Source: an uncultured Dehalococcoidia bacterium (lineage in GTDB: Bacteria > Chloroflexota > Dehalococcoidia > Lucifugimonadales > UBA3495). From it: a DNA stretch of 51,462 bases. Below, piece by piece: positions 30,752-40,229 of the stretch. Under the pieces are notes generated by a model that saw only the letters and a program-made list of their open reading frames with translations, searched no databases and was not told where the DNA came from. A program made the position numbers and the translations under genes. The stretch lies in NCBI GenBank assembly GCA_950072105.1, contig CATMOE010000022.1, positions 1 through 51,462 on the forward strand, in the 5' to 3' direction. The number at the start of each line of letters is the position of its first letter. The first letter of the stretch is position 1.

Positions 30752-31093
30752 TTAAATGGGGCTCATTCCGAATACGCCGGTGAATCGAAGGGTCCAGAGA
30801 GAAACTGCCAGCGCCGTCGATATCATCAGCATCGTGAAGGAACGGCGGCTCCATGTAGAGCGCCGCCACCTCTTCCAGCTAGCGACTTCAAGATACCAAC
30901 CCCTGCTGAGCATGATCAGTGTGACCGCTAGGAAGGGCCACGTAAGCGCCTGCAACGCAGGCGCCGTGGCCAGCCCGGCCGGGGCGCCGCCCAGGAGGCC
31001 GAGCAAGCCAGGAACCACTCATCACCAGGGTAACGGCAGCAGACCGCTCAACAGGGCGACAAAGGGTTTTTCAACGTGGATGAACTTTTGCAT
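30752..31093 (-). CDS. MerT-like membrane protein, predicted selenoprotein with tandem Sec-Sec (W-U-U)
   Basis: AGGAG RBS, ATG 31093, MQKFIHVEKPFVALLSGLLPLPW-TGA-TGA-VVPGLLGLLGG...WPFLAVTLIMLSRGWYL; the TGA pair (31019-31024) sits where MerT has the TM1 Cys-Cys. Confidence 0.75.
30967..31010 (-). promoter_or_regulatory. Candidate bacterial SECIS for the UU gene
   Basis: TGGC-tt-GCTCGGCC-tcct-GGGC-[GGC]-GCCC-c-GGCCGGGC-tg-GCCA; G-starting loop 30 nt after the second UGA. Confidence 0.55.
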
Positions 31094-31267
31094 ATGGAGT
31101 GCTCCTGAGGTGAGACCAAATTTTGGAACCTATGCTTTACCGGGCCAAACAGGCGTTAGGGAAGTATTCGGTTGTCAGGCAACCAAAGCCACTTGCGAGC
31201 GTTGCATTCTCTTAGGCCCTCGTCATGGATCCTCAGATAGGATTGCCATCTATCGGCCTCGGTTCTA

Positions 31268-31385
31268 TGTCATTCCGACACCAGCCCTTCCGCTGAAGGG
31301 CGGCGAGGAATCTCAGGCCTGGATTTAGCGGTCACTTGAGATTCCTCGCTACGCTCGGAATGACAGAGGGGCGCTCGAAATGACA
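31268..31385. repeat. REP-like/miniature inverted-repeat element (GTCATTCCGA...GCGAGGAATCT type)
   Basis: TGTCATTCCGA/TCGGAATGACA terminal inverted repeats, internal GCGAGGAATCTCA/TGAGATTCCTCGC, extra partial end. Confidence 0.75.
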
Positions 31386-31412
31386 TCGCTGGCGATACTA
31401 GTCGCATAAGTA

Positions 31413-32450
31413 CTATCCGCCGCTCCAGATGATTTCTTTGGTGACCGACTTGGTGTTGCCGCCGAAGGTCGGTATCCATGACGAGTGTTTGCCCGGTCCC
31501 CCAAGTACGATGACGACCAGATCATCTAGGGTGCGGATCATGGGAATCGGACCGTCCGGGATGCGCTGCATCCGTTCCATCAGGGTATCGTGGGTGTAAC
31601 GTTCCAGGGGGATCTTGGCCCGTTGGTGCAGCCATTCGACGACATCTTTCTTGCTTAACCCGTCGCCGCTGATGGTGGCGGCGTGTTCCGGACCAAGGGC
31701 CAATAGGGTTTCACCGCCCGTGTAGGCGTTGTTGGCGCCGGTTACGGATATCGCTCCCGCCACGATGGTGAGGATATCATCGGCCGAACGGCCCGAATGG
31801 TCGTTGATGTTGTGAGGTGGTTCCCCGGCCATCACCGTTACAGCGCTTTGGTCCGGACGGAAACCTCGCTCAACATGTAGAGGTTCCCACGGATTCTCTT
31901 CCTCGTTCTCCGCCACGCAGTAGCTGAATTTGGAAGGAGCGCCTTGGGTGGACATGTCGCCCACCCCGGGGTAAGCCCCACCAACATTTAACAGGACCAA
32001 GCGCATGGCCCGGCCAATGGTCGCGTTGGCTCGCCAACCCGGCCCGAACGACCCAGATGAGTAGTTCATACCCAGGGCCTCCCTGATGGGGCCATTGATT
32101 ATCATAAGGGGGGCGCAGGGATGGGTAGTGGCCTGAATGGCGTAAAGATTGAAGACCGGGTCCGCGATCGCTTCCACGGCGGCGATCAACACCGGCAGGT
32201 ATTCGGGGAGGCATCCGGCCATCACGGCATTGATGGCCAGCTTTTCCACCGTGGCCGCGCCCCAAATGGGAGGAATCTCGGCTACCACGTGGTCTGAGGC
32301 CAGGCTGGTGGCGGCCAACATTGCCTCGACTCGTTGCAGCGTCGGCGGCACTATCGGCAGTCCGTCGGACCAGCCACGGTCCAAGTAAAGGCGCTGTACC
32401 GCCTCGAAATCGTCGGCGATCTCTATCTGCGGCGAAACTAACGATGGCAA
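31413..32450 (-). CDS. Conserved hypothetical protein of the type I recall beside UGSC-family genes
   Basis: GWSDGLPIVPPT, TVEKLAINAVMAGC, NATIGRA, ENEEENPW motifs; GGAGG RBS before TTG. Confidence 0.8.
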   Translation of the reverse strand: MPSLVSPQIEIADDFEAVQRLYLDRGWSDGLPIVPPTLQRVEAMLAATSLASDHVVAEIPPIWGAATVEKLAINAVMAGCLPEYLPVLIAAVEAIADPVFNLYAIQATTHPCAPLMIINGPIREALGMNYSSGSFGPGWRANATIGRAMRLVLLNVGGAYPGVGDMSTQGAPSKFSYCVAENEEENPWEPLHVERGFRPDQSAVTVMAGEPPHNINDHSGRSADDILTIVAGAISVTGANNAYTGGETLLALGPEHAATISGDGLSKKDVVEWLHQRAKIPLERYTHDTLMERMQRIPDGPIPMIRTLDDLVVIVLGGPGKHSSWIPTFGGNTKSVTKEIIWSGG

Positions 32451-32581
32451 TCGACGCCCTCCATCTGCGGGGAAAAATGAGCCGGACTCCCCCGGCGGTT
32501 TGGGACAATATAAAGCTTAGATAGGCGCAGCGTATGGTCCTTAGACAGTATCGGGACGAACGGGTGTTGAGGTTTTCTGCC

Positions 32582-32603
32582 GCTCGTGGTGAGCCTGTCG
32601 AAC
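32582..32603. repeat. Partial REP-like element (GCTCGTGGTGAGCCTGTCGAAC)
   Basis: Recognisable intergenic repeat motif; single copy in this window. Confidence 0.45.
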
Positions 32604-32670
32604 TACCCGTTGCGATCGACTCCCGGACCCTTCAAGCGAAGTTGGCGGGGCCGTGCCGTCTTGAGTTGAG

Positions 32671-33219
32671 TTACTCCTGAGCAGTTAAACCAGCGATCAC
32701 CTGCTCCAAAAGGGCCTCCGCCTTGGCCTCAACCGCATCGGGTTTTAGGCCTCCAAGTGGATGGAGAGCGATGGCCATGGGCAATTCGGGCATTCCCAGG
32801 GCGCGGCGCTCGACTTCGCCCAGGACCTTGAATCGGTGGGTGCAAACTGTAACAGTGGGAACACCGCGACGCTCCAGTTCTACTGAGTCGTGGATACTCC
32901 ACGACGTGCAGGACCCTCAATCACCTAGACCGACGATCGCTACATGGGCTGAGGTGGTCAACTCGTCCATGACCTCCTGCTTGGCCGCGATCGACGCCGA
33001 GGGTTTGCGCTGGTGGACGGCGTTGCTGATCTCATATTTCTGGCGGAGCAACTCCTCCAACCGGGCGAAGAGAATGTCGCCGTTGGGTTTACTGTTCCAA
33101 AGAAAGCCTACGGATCTGCCCCGAAGATCGGGTGGCCGTGGCGCCATGGTGTGCCGCAATTCTCGAGGCGGAGCGGTGGGGTCCAAAACAAAGATGGAGC
33201 CGGTTGCCGTGGTGGTCAT
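32671..33219 (-). CDS. UGSC-family selenoprotein (182 aa, Sec at in-frame TGA 32917-32919)
   Basis: MTTTATGSIFVLDPT...NSKPNGD...[30 protein letters not shown]...HPLGGL...TAQE*; frame stays open across the TGA; GGAG RBS. Confidence 0.92.
32880..32911 (-). promoter_or_regulatory. Bacterial SECIS element of the UGSC gene
   Basis: CTGC-ac-GTCGTGGA-[GTA]-TCCACGAC-tca-GTAG; perfect 8-bp upper stem, G-starting loop 19 nt after the UGA. Confidence 0.75.
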
Positions 33220-33280
33220 TATGTCGCTCCAATCGTTCCGGTGGGCCGGAACCATTTATAGCTGGAACACTTATAGGGAG

Positions 33281-33309
33281 AGGCTATTCCGTAGGCCAAG
33301 CCCTGTCAA
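33281..33309 (-). promoter_or_regulatory. Sigma70-type promoter upstream of the UGSC gene
   Basis: TTGACA-N17-TAGCCT. Confidence 0.6.
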
Positions 33310-33579
33310 GGGCGGGTAGCCGAGGCGCGACGTGGCGTCCGGCCGCTTCGTTATCCATGCTCGGATTCTCTCAATCGAGTTTGTTCCAGGCGGTCGACTC
33401 CGGGACCGTTGAGGGGTTGCGCCTTGCGCCGCACGATTCACATCTTGCCGGATCCAACTGCCCGCGTAACGATTGACGCAGGCCTGCCGATGGGAATCGT
33501 GGCGGTTGTACGGCTAATGATATCTGCTAAACTATCGTAACTCGTGGTCCACTGACGAGATGGACTCCGGTAGACCACG

Positions 33580-34725
33580 TTGGAGCTGTTCAAGATGACC
33601 CGGAAACGGCTGGCTCTGATAATCGGCGGGCTTGCCGTATCGTTGGGTGTGGTATTGTTTGGAGTTGGGTGGTACTACTCCCTGCAGATCGAGGACGGCG
33701 CGCTGCGCGTCAAGCACGACCCTCTGAAGTACGAAGTCGAAGTTGTGGAGTTGGAGGAAGATCGGGTCAAACTCAAGTTCCCAACGGAAGAGGATCTCCG
33801 AAAGCAACCGGAAAATACGGGGATCGAATGGCCCGATGGTTACGCTAGAGTCGGCGAAACCCTCAATGTCGACGGCGCCGAGGCCCTACGCAAGTACACA
33901 TTGCTGGAAGGCGTTTTGGTTGTGGGACAACAAGTGCGTTTCGGCCAGAACGCGTTCCCGGGCGACCCAGATAGGGCCCACGGTATTACGTTTAAGGAGA
34001 TACAGTTTGCGTCGCCGCTGGGAGTCCTCGCCGCCTGGCAAATAGATGGCTCCGGAAACACCTGGGTAATCTTTGTCCACGGGAAAGGGGCAAGCCGGAG
34101 ACAGGCGCTGCGCATGCTACCAGTGGTCGAGGGTAAAAATCTTCCGTCACTGGTTATAACGTACCGGAATGATTCCGGGGCGCCGGAAGATCCAAGTGAC
34201 TACTATTGGTACGGTCTCACCGAGTGGGAGGATCTGGAGGCGGCGGCTGCGTATGCCCTAGACCACGGAGCTACCGGCCTGGTCGTGGTTGGTTACAGTA
34301 TGGGCGGCGGTATAATCGCCAACTTTCTGTACCAGTCTCCACTGGCGGACCGGGTAGTGGGAGTGATTCTCGACTCACCTATGTTAGATCTGGATGCGAC
34401 GGTGGATATGGCTGCTGAAATCCGAAACGTCCCCGCATTTCTGACTACCATCGCGAAAGTAATCTCTGGCTCCAGATTCGGCATCGACTGGGACGCTTTG
34501 GACTATCTGGATCGGGCGGACGAAATCTCGGTCCCCGTGTTGCTATTCCACGGCGACGCAGACAAAAGGGTACCGGTGTCAATAAGCGAGAGGTTCGCGG
34601 AGAGCCGTCCAGACTTGGTGACTTATGAGTTTTTTGCTGGCGCTCCTCACGGCGGGGCTTGGAACGTCGACTCGGAGAGATACGAAGCGGTGGTCGGCGA
34701 GTTCGTTGACCGCGTGGCGCGCTAG
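33580..34725 (+). CDS. Membrane-anchored/secreted alpha/beta hydrolase
   Basis: N-terminal TM, VHGKG, GYSMG, HGDAD, GAPH. Confidence 0.88.
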   Translation: MELFKMTRKRLALIIGGLAVSLGVVLFGVGWYYSLQIEDGALRVKHDPLKYEVEVVELEEDRVKLKFPTEEDLRKQPENTGIEWPDGYARVGETLNVDGAEALRKYTLLEGVLVVGQQVRFGQNAFPGDPDRAHGITFKEIQFASPLGVLAAWQIDGSGNTWVIFVHGKGASRRQALRMLPVVEGKNLPSLVITYRNDSGAPEDPSDYYWYGLTEWEDLEAAAAYALDHGATGLVVVGYSMGGGIIANFLYQSPLADRVVGVILDSPMLDLDATVDMAAEIRNVPAFLTTIAKVISGSRFGIDWDALDYLDRADEISVPVLLFHGDADKRVPVSISERFAESRPDLVTYEFFAGAPHGGAWNVDSERYEAVVGEFVDRVAR

Positions 34726-34769
34726 CCCATTGGGCTCGTCCAATATGCTGGGGGACGCAGTAGAATCTG

Positions 34770-35318
34770 TTAGAGGTCCAGGGTCATGGATGTTGTGGGA
34801 TTGGGGCGCCCGGGCGTGTGTCCCAATGCTATTATTTCCGCGTGGAGCTTGTTGGGCGCTAATTCCAAAAGCCCTACCGGCCCCAAGCGCAGTTCTTTGT
34901 GGTGGGGGAAGGTGATGCTGCCGCAGTTCATGATGACCACGCCATCTCGAAGTTCCAATTGCTCAAGGTGGGTATGGCCGGCAACCATTATGTCTACCGG
35001 CTCCGGGAAAAGTTCTTGCAGTTCGGATACAGGCCTGAATTGGCGGTCCAGGCTGTGAACCATCCCGATGCGCCAACCTTCTACTTCCAGGGTCTGAACT
35101 TCCTTGGAGCGGGGGTCGGCGATGGAGTCATTGTTTCCGGTAGCGCAAATGACTGGAGCGAACTGCTCCAGCCAGTCCAGGACCTTGGGAGAAGTCAGGT
35201 CTCCCCCGTGAAAAATCAGATCGACTGTAGAGAAGAAATTGGCCGGTTCGGGTCCCAATTCGTCCAAGCTTTGAATCATGCCCGGCAGATGGGTGTCGGA
35301 TAGCAGACCGATGCGCAT
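34770..35318 (-). CDS. YfcE-family metallophosphoesterase
   Basis: SDTH, GD, GNND, GHTH. Confidence 0.9.
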   Translation of the reverse strand: MRIGLLSDTHLPGMIQSLDELGPEPANFFSTVDLIFHGGDLTSPKVLDWLEQFAPVICATGNNDSIADPRSKEVQTLEVEGWRIGMVHSLDRQFRPVSELQELFPEPVDIMVAGHTHLEQLELRDGVVIMNCGSITFPHHKELRLGPVGLLELAPNKLHAEIIALGHTPGRPNPTTSMTLDL

Positions 35319-35457
35319 TCAACAAATTTAACGAGCCCAGATGGTAAAGTCAAACAACCCCGCGGCCAAGCCGGACAACGTCCCCCTTTCGTAAAGGGGG
35401 ATTTAGGGGAATTTCCCCCACAAATATGATTCCTAACCAAAGGAGCAGAGATAAAAT

Positions 35458-36651
35458 ATGCCTCAGGATAGAACCGCAGCCATCGTTGGGATCCACGAAT
35501 ACCCGTTGCGGGTGGTCGGCTCGGATATCAGCGCACTTCAGATCAAAGCCGCCTCAGCCGCCAAGGCCTTGGAAGATGCCGGCTTTGCTTGGAAAGACGT
35601 GGATGCCGTGTACGACACCGGCAGCGACCAGGGAATCGGGGGTCTGGGAATATCCGAGTATTTCGGATTCAAACCCAGCATCATAGACAACACCTCGGTA
35701 GGTGGATCGTCCTTCGAGTTCCACGCCAATCATGCGCGCCGGATGATCGAGGCGGGCAAGTGCAATCTGGCGCTGATCACTTACGGCTCCACATCCCACT
35801 CCGACCGGAGGGCCATCGGCACCGCGGGCGCCACCGGCGGCGGACCATCTAACCTGTTCCGAAATATGGAAGACCCTTGGGGACTCACCCTCATCGGCAA
35901 CTACGCCATGGTGAAGATGCGCCATAAGTTTCAATATGGCACGACCGACGAGCAGTTCGCCGCCATCTCCGTGGCGACCCGACGCCATGCCATGCGCAAC
36001 CCCGAGGCGGTCAAGGCCATGACCGACCTGGAATTTGTCGGCGTCAATGAGATCAGCGTCGCAGACGTTCTGGACTCCCGGACCGTCGCTTACCCGCTGC
36101 ACCTGCTGGAATGTTGCATGGTGTCGGATGGCGGCGGGGCAGTCCTGGTGGCCTCCGCCGAGATGGCCCGCAACGCCAGGAAGAAGCCGGTGTGGATAAT
36201 CGGCGGCGGTGAAGCCACCAAGTACCGGGAGAACGGCGGCGATATCACCGTCAGCGCCGGTGCCCAGTCGGGCCCAGTTGCCTTCCAAGATGCCGGAGTC
36301 TCTCCATCTGAGATTGACATCTTGATGGCATACGACTCGTTCACCATCACCGTCATGTGCATGATCGAGGACCTGGGGTTCTGCCAAAAGGGAGAAGGGG
36401 GCGCCTTTGTCAGCGATGGCCGATTGGATTATGACAACCCGGGGAAACCGGCGATCAATACCGATGGCGGGGGCCTGTCGTCCAACCACCCCGGCGCCAG
36501 GGGCATCTTTCTGTTGATGGAAGCAACCCGTCAATTGCGGGGTGAGTCTACGTCCCAAGTAGCCAACGCCAAACTGGCGGTGGCCGTGGGCAACGGCGGA
36601 CAGCTCGGCTCGCGCCATGCCACCGGGGCAACCATACTGGCCGCCGATTAA
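35458..36651 (+). CDS. SCP2/Ltp-type thiolase-superfamily protein
   Basis: PLHLLECC..SDGG, YDSFT, NTDGGGLS; VGGSS at the usual catalytic Cys position. Confidence 0.88.
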   Translation: MPQDRTAAIVGIHEYPLRVVGSDISALQIKAASAAKALEDAGFAWKDVDAVYDTGSDQGIGGLGISEYFGFKPSIIDNTSVGGSSFEFHANHARRMIEAGKCNLALITYGSTSHSDRRAIGTAGATGGGPSNLFRNMEDPWGLTLIGNYAMVKMRHKFQYGTTDEQFAAISVATRRHAMRNPEAVKAMTDLEFVGVNEISVADVLDSRTVAYPLHLLECCMVSDGGGAVLVASAEMARNARKKPVWIIGGGEATKYRENGGDITVSAGAQSGPVAFQDAGVSPSEIDILMAYDSFTITVMCMIEDLGFCQKGEGGAFVSDGRLDYDNPGKPAINTDGGGLSSNHPGARGIFLLMEATRQLRGESTSQVANAKLAVAVGNGGQLGSRHATGATILAAD

Positions 36652-36684
36652 TCCCGAATCAACCACATTTAGGAGAATAAATAG

Positions 36685-37101
36685 ATGGCACCGCTACGAC
36701 CGCAACCCGCCTTCCCGGAAAACGACACCCAGCCCTTCTGGGACGCTACCAAGAAACACGAGCTTACGTACCAGACCTGCGATCGGTGCAATGAGGTGAT
36801 CTTTTATCCGCGCCGCCATTGCACTAGCTGCGGCTCGGACCAAAATACTTGGCATGTTTCCCAAGGATTGGGCTCCGTCTACACCTTCAGCGTCATCATG
36901 CAGAGCCGCCATCCGGCTTTCAAAGACCTGGGGGCCTATGCCGTGGCCTACGTTGATCTGGACGAGGGCTTCCGCATCATGACCAATATCGTCGGGATTC
37001 AGGACCCCACCACCGACATCCAATGCGGTATGAGAGTAAAGTTGCGCTGGGAAGACCAGGGCGACGGCGAGGTATCGCTTCCCATGTTCGAGCCGGCCTA
37101 A
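36685..37101 (+). CDS. DUF35/OB-fold zinc-ribbon protein
   Basis: PFW, CxxC...YPR..CxxC, LDEG. Confidence 0.9.
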   Translation: MAPLRPQPAFPENDTQPFWDATKKHELTYQTCDRCNEVIFYPRRHCTSCGSDQNTWHVSQGLGSVYTFSVIMQSRHPAFKDLGAYAVAYVDLDEGFRIMTNIVGIQDPTTDIQCGMRVKLRWEDQGDGEVSLPMFEPA

Positions 37102-37125
37102 ACAGAAATTATTTGAGGTAACGCC

Positions 37126-38043
37126 ATGGGAGTTCTTTACGAGAAAAGAGGACACGTCGCTTACGTCACCATCAATAACCCCGACAAAGCAAACATCTTA
37201 GATCGGACGACGTCGGACGAATTGGCCGAGGCTTGGAAAAACATCTGGGACGATCTTGACGTTCGGGTAGCCATCTTGACCGGCGCGGGGGAGCGGCATT
37301 TTTGCGCCGGGCACAATCTGGAGCTCCCGGAAGGAATCACCGTTGAAGAGCGGGAGAGGTTAAGGACCGAGAATATCTTCTGGCCGTCTTCTGGGACGGT
37401 AAATGGGTCCAAGTTCGGCACCGACGGCAGCCTGGGCGACCACTACGCCCAGATCTGGAAGCCGGTTATCGGCGCGATAAACGGGTGGGCGGCGGGCGCC
37501 GGATTTTACTTGATGCTAACTTCGACGGATATCAGGATAGCTTGCGAAGATCACGCCCGGTTCAAGTTCGCTTTGTTGAGCCAGGGGTGGGTGGGTCACG
37601 GACCCGGGGCCACTTACCTCACCCGGCAAGTGGCTTACGCCGACGCGATGAAGATACTGCTTACCGACGAACCTTTCGACGCCAAAGAGGCGCTCCGGAT
37701 GAATCTGATCAACGAAGTAGTCGCCCACGATAGTTTGATGGAACGGGCGGAGGAGCTGGCCGCTCAGATAGCGTCGATGCCGCCGGTGGCGGTGCGGATG
37801 ATGAAGGAATTCATAATTCGGTTCCGCGACGTTCCGGTGGGCGAGGCGTGGCGGGTGCAGACGCTGATGAATTCACTTTTGACCCAGATCACCACCGATG
37901 GTACAGAGGGCAGGAACGCGTTCAATGAAAAGCGCCCGCCCAACTTTACGGGAGGGATCCGGGACAAGGGCGAAGTATTCCCGGAGCTAGACGAGGCGGA
38001 ACGAGAACGTCTAAAGGCGGTTCGGAGAGACCTGCTGGGTTAG
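37126..38043 (+). CDS. Enoyl-CoA hydratase/isomerase family protein
   Basis: FCAG, KPVIGAINGWAAGAG, AFNEKRPPNF. Confidence 0.9.
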   Translation: MGVLYEKRGHVAYVTINNPDKANILDRTTSDELAEAWKNIWDDLDVRVAILTGAGERHFCAGHNLELPEGITVEERERLRTENIFWPSSGTVNGSKFGTDGSLGDHYAQIWKPVIGAINGWAAGAGFYLMLTSTDIRIACEDHARFKFALLSQGWVGHGPGATYLTRQVAYADAMKILLTDEPFDAKEALRMNLINEVVAHDSLMERAEELAAQIASMPPVAVRMMKEFIIRFRDVPVGEAWRVQTLMNSLLTQITTDGTEGRNAFNEKRPPNFTGGIRDKGEVFPELDEAERERLKAVRRDLLG

Positions 38044-38159
38044 TGGCCGGCTTGGCATAGACGTTGCCGTTGTCTATTCTGGTTTCAAGCGCGTCCGTGG
38101 CGCCGATGACGACTGGCTCGTATTTATTGCACCTCGGCAGATTGGCATAGGGAGCCGCC

Positions 38160-40229
38160 ATGAGATACAACCTGGCCATCGCGATCCTCGCCATACTGGT
38201 TACGGGCATCGTTTCGTGCTCCCAATCCGAACCAACCCCGACCCCTGACGCCGTTGCTACATCTGAACCAACACCAGTACCTGTGGAACCATCCGTGGCA
38301 GCCCCAGCGTCCCCAGCGATCTCTCCAGGAGCAACCCCCATTCGGGAATCGCCGGCTGTTACGCCATCGGTAGATAAAGTACCGCTTCAAGATACCCCGG
38401 CACCGCCGGTGTCTGATTCCACTACCGTTCCAACACTAGGGCCTTCGAGCCAGGAGCCAGCACCCACCGGGCCGAGGTTGTCGGGGAAAGTGGTTCTAGC
38501 TGAAGCGCAAGAATTGTTTTCCCAGCGCGGGTTGGTATTGGAATCGGAGTTGGCAAAGGTGTCGGTTTTTGGACTGGATGGGTCCCCCATGGCAGATGGG
38601 GGTCATGGCGATTCCTTTTCCTTCAACCTTCCAGCGGGCGCCGCTTATCTGTTGAAAGCAAAAACCGTGGATGGCGCCGTCCTGTGGGCGCTGACACCGG
38701 TCTTAAGCGGCGACACCACCATGGACATCAGCCTTGAAACCACCTACCAGACGGGTCTGATTTACGCGGCTGAAGGCAAAGGCACAATCTCCGGGCGATC
38801 TGTTTCGGATCTCAAAGGGAAGGCAAAAGGGGCTCTGGACGTGGGCGCAGACCGGCTGGTGAACACGGTAAAAAGGGTGGTCAATAACGGGCTGCTATGG
38901 CGGGTGGACTACTTGATCTTCACCGAAATGAATGAGGTGACCCTCCGGGCATTTGGCGGAGGGTTGTCTCCGGTGAGGTCCCTGGTTTCGGTGCTGGATG
39001 ACCCCCAACCGGATTATGTGCCCCATGTCTATATGCTAAACACCGCCGCCGGCGACCCTTTCCTGGACCGCATATTAATGTCGGAGATGAAGGCCGATCG
39101 TTGGGCCGCCATCGTCGTAGCGGAGGATATTCCTCCCAGGGTGTACCAGGGCCTGGGCGGACTGCACGTGATCCATGGAGGAAAGACGTTGGTCTACGGT
39201 GAAGACAAATGTTTTGATTGGAAAGTTCAAGACACAGAGCGGGAATGCCGGGTGTTCCGTCAGGTCTTGGTCACATATCCACTGGACGCCCCTCCCGGCG
39301 TATCTCCTACGGTGGTGACTGAGGTGGGAGACTTCCACGGAGCGAACCGTCCCCAGTGGTCCTGGGACGAAAAGAATATCGCCTTCGACGCTTTTCCCGA
39401 AGGCAGACAAGGGCGGACTCAGATATATGTTATGGACCGCGACGGCGGAAGTGTACGGCAGCTTACGGCGGAATCTGAGGGCCAAAACGGCGCCAGGGCG
39501 GCCAGTTGGTCTCCGGACAATTCCCAGATCGTATATTTCTCGGACCGGGAGTCATTTTCCTGGGATATCTGGCTGATGAACGCCGACGGTTCGGGAACGC
39601 AAAATCTAACCAAGGGCCAGGTCAAATTTCCCAGCGGTCCCAAGTTCTCTCCCGATGGACGGCGAATCCTGTTCTACGCCAACGATGATGAGCCGGCTGC
39701 CGGACGCCGGGGAGGTCCCGATTCCGAGTTGTGGATCATGGACCGGGATGGGGCCAATTTGACCAAGATTACCGACGACGACGTTGACGACGAAAACGCG
39801 GTGTGGGGCTTAAATGGGATAGACGTTGTCTACAGCGTGAAGGAACGGACATGGGAAGCAGCCGACGCGCTTACCGGGAAGAAACTGTTCGAATTCCCCG
39901 GCGTTGCCCGTGGCAAATACGTCAGTCCGGTTTTAGCGGCAACCGGTCACGTGCTGATACCGACCCAGGCGGCTATAGAGGAAAAGAAGGTCGACGAAAG
40001 GGGGTATGTGGACCAGGACTGGTTAAAAGCTAGGCTGGAAGACAAACCGGGCAGCGGCACGGCATCAAGCATAACTGGGGCCCAATCTCGAAGTGGCTAT
40101 CGAGTGACAACCCCCTCGAAAGACCCGATAGCAGGGATCCGCTACGAAATCTACAATGCGTTCTCTCAGACCGGGATATACAATTCCTACATCGGGGGCT
40201 ATTTGCCCCCGATAATTAGCTGGCCCTAG
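38160..40229 (+). CDS. Putative lipoprotein with Pro/Thr linker and TolB-like (PD40) propeller
   Basis: Lipobox-like IVSC, PT-rich linker, WSPD/FSPDG repeats. Confidence 0.8.
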   Translation: MRYNLAIAILAILVTGIVSCSQSEPTPTPDAVATSEPTPVPVEPSVAAPASPAISPGATPIRESPAVTPSVDKVPLQDTPAPPVSDSTTVPTLGPSSQEPAPTGPRLSGKVVLAEAQELFSQRGLVLESELAKVSVFGLDGSPMADGGHGDSFSFNLPAGAAYLLKAKTVDGAVLWALTPVLSGDTTMDISLETTYQTGLIYAAEGKGTISGRSVSDLKGKAKGALDVGADRLVNTVKRVVNNGLLWRVDYLIFTEMNEVTLRAFGGGLSPVRSLVSVLDDPQPDYVPHVYMLNTAAGDPFLDRILMSEMKADRWAAIVVAEDIPPRVYQGLGGLHVIHGGKTLVYGEDKCFDWKVQDTERECRVFRQVLVTYPLDAPPGVSPTVVTEVGDFHGANRPQWSWDEKNIAFDAFPEGRQGRTQIYVMDRDGGSVRQLTAESEGQNGARAASWSPDNSQIVYFSDRESFSWDIWLMNADGSGTQNLTKGQVKFPSGPKFSPDGRRILFYANDDEPAAGRRGGPDSELWIMDRDGANLTKITDDDVDDENAVWGLNGIDVVYSVKERTWEAADALTGKKLFEFPGVARGKYVSPVLAATGHVLIPTQAAIEEKKVDERGYVDQDWLKARLEDKPGSGTASSITGAQSRSGYRVTTPSKDPIAGIRYEIYNAFSQTGIYNSYIGGYLPPIISWP

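Noticed and set aside
31019..31024. TGA reassigned to Trp or Gly (genetic code 4/25) as the explanation for TGA-TGA
   Set aside because: TGA ends normal genes here (hisD, hisC, MFS, hydantoinase B), and the internal TGAs occur only at Cys-equivalent positions
35554..36666. 370-aa minus-strand ORF opposite the thiolase, and similar long antisense ORFs
   Set aside because: Typical high-GC antisense shadows with no motifs
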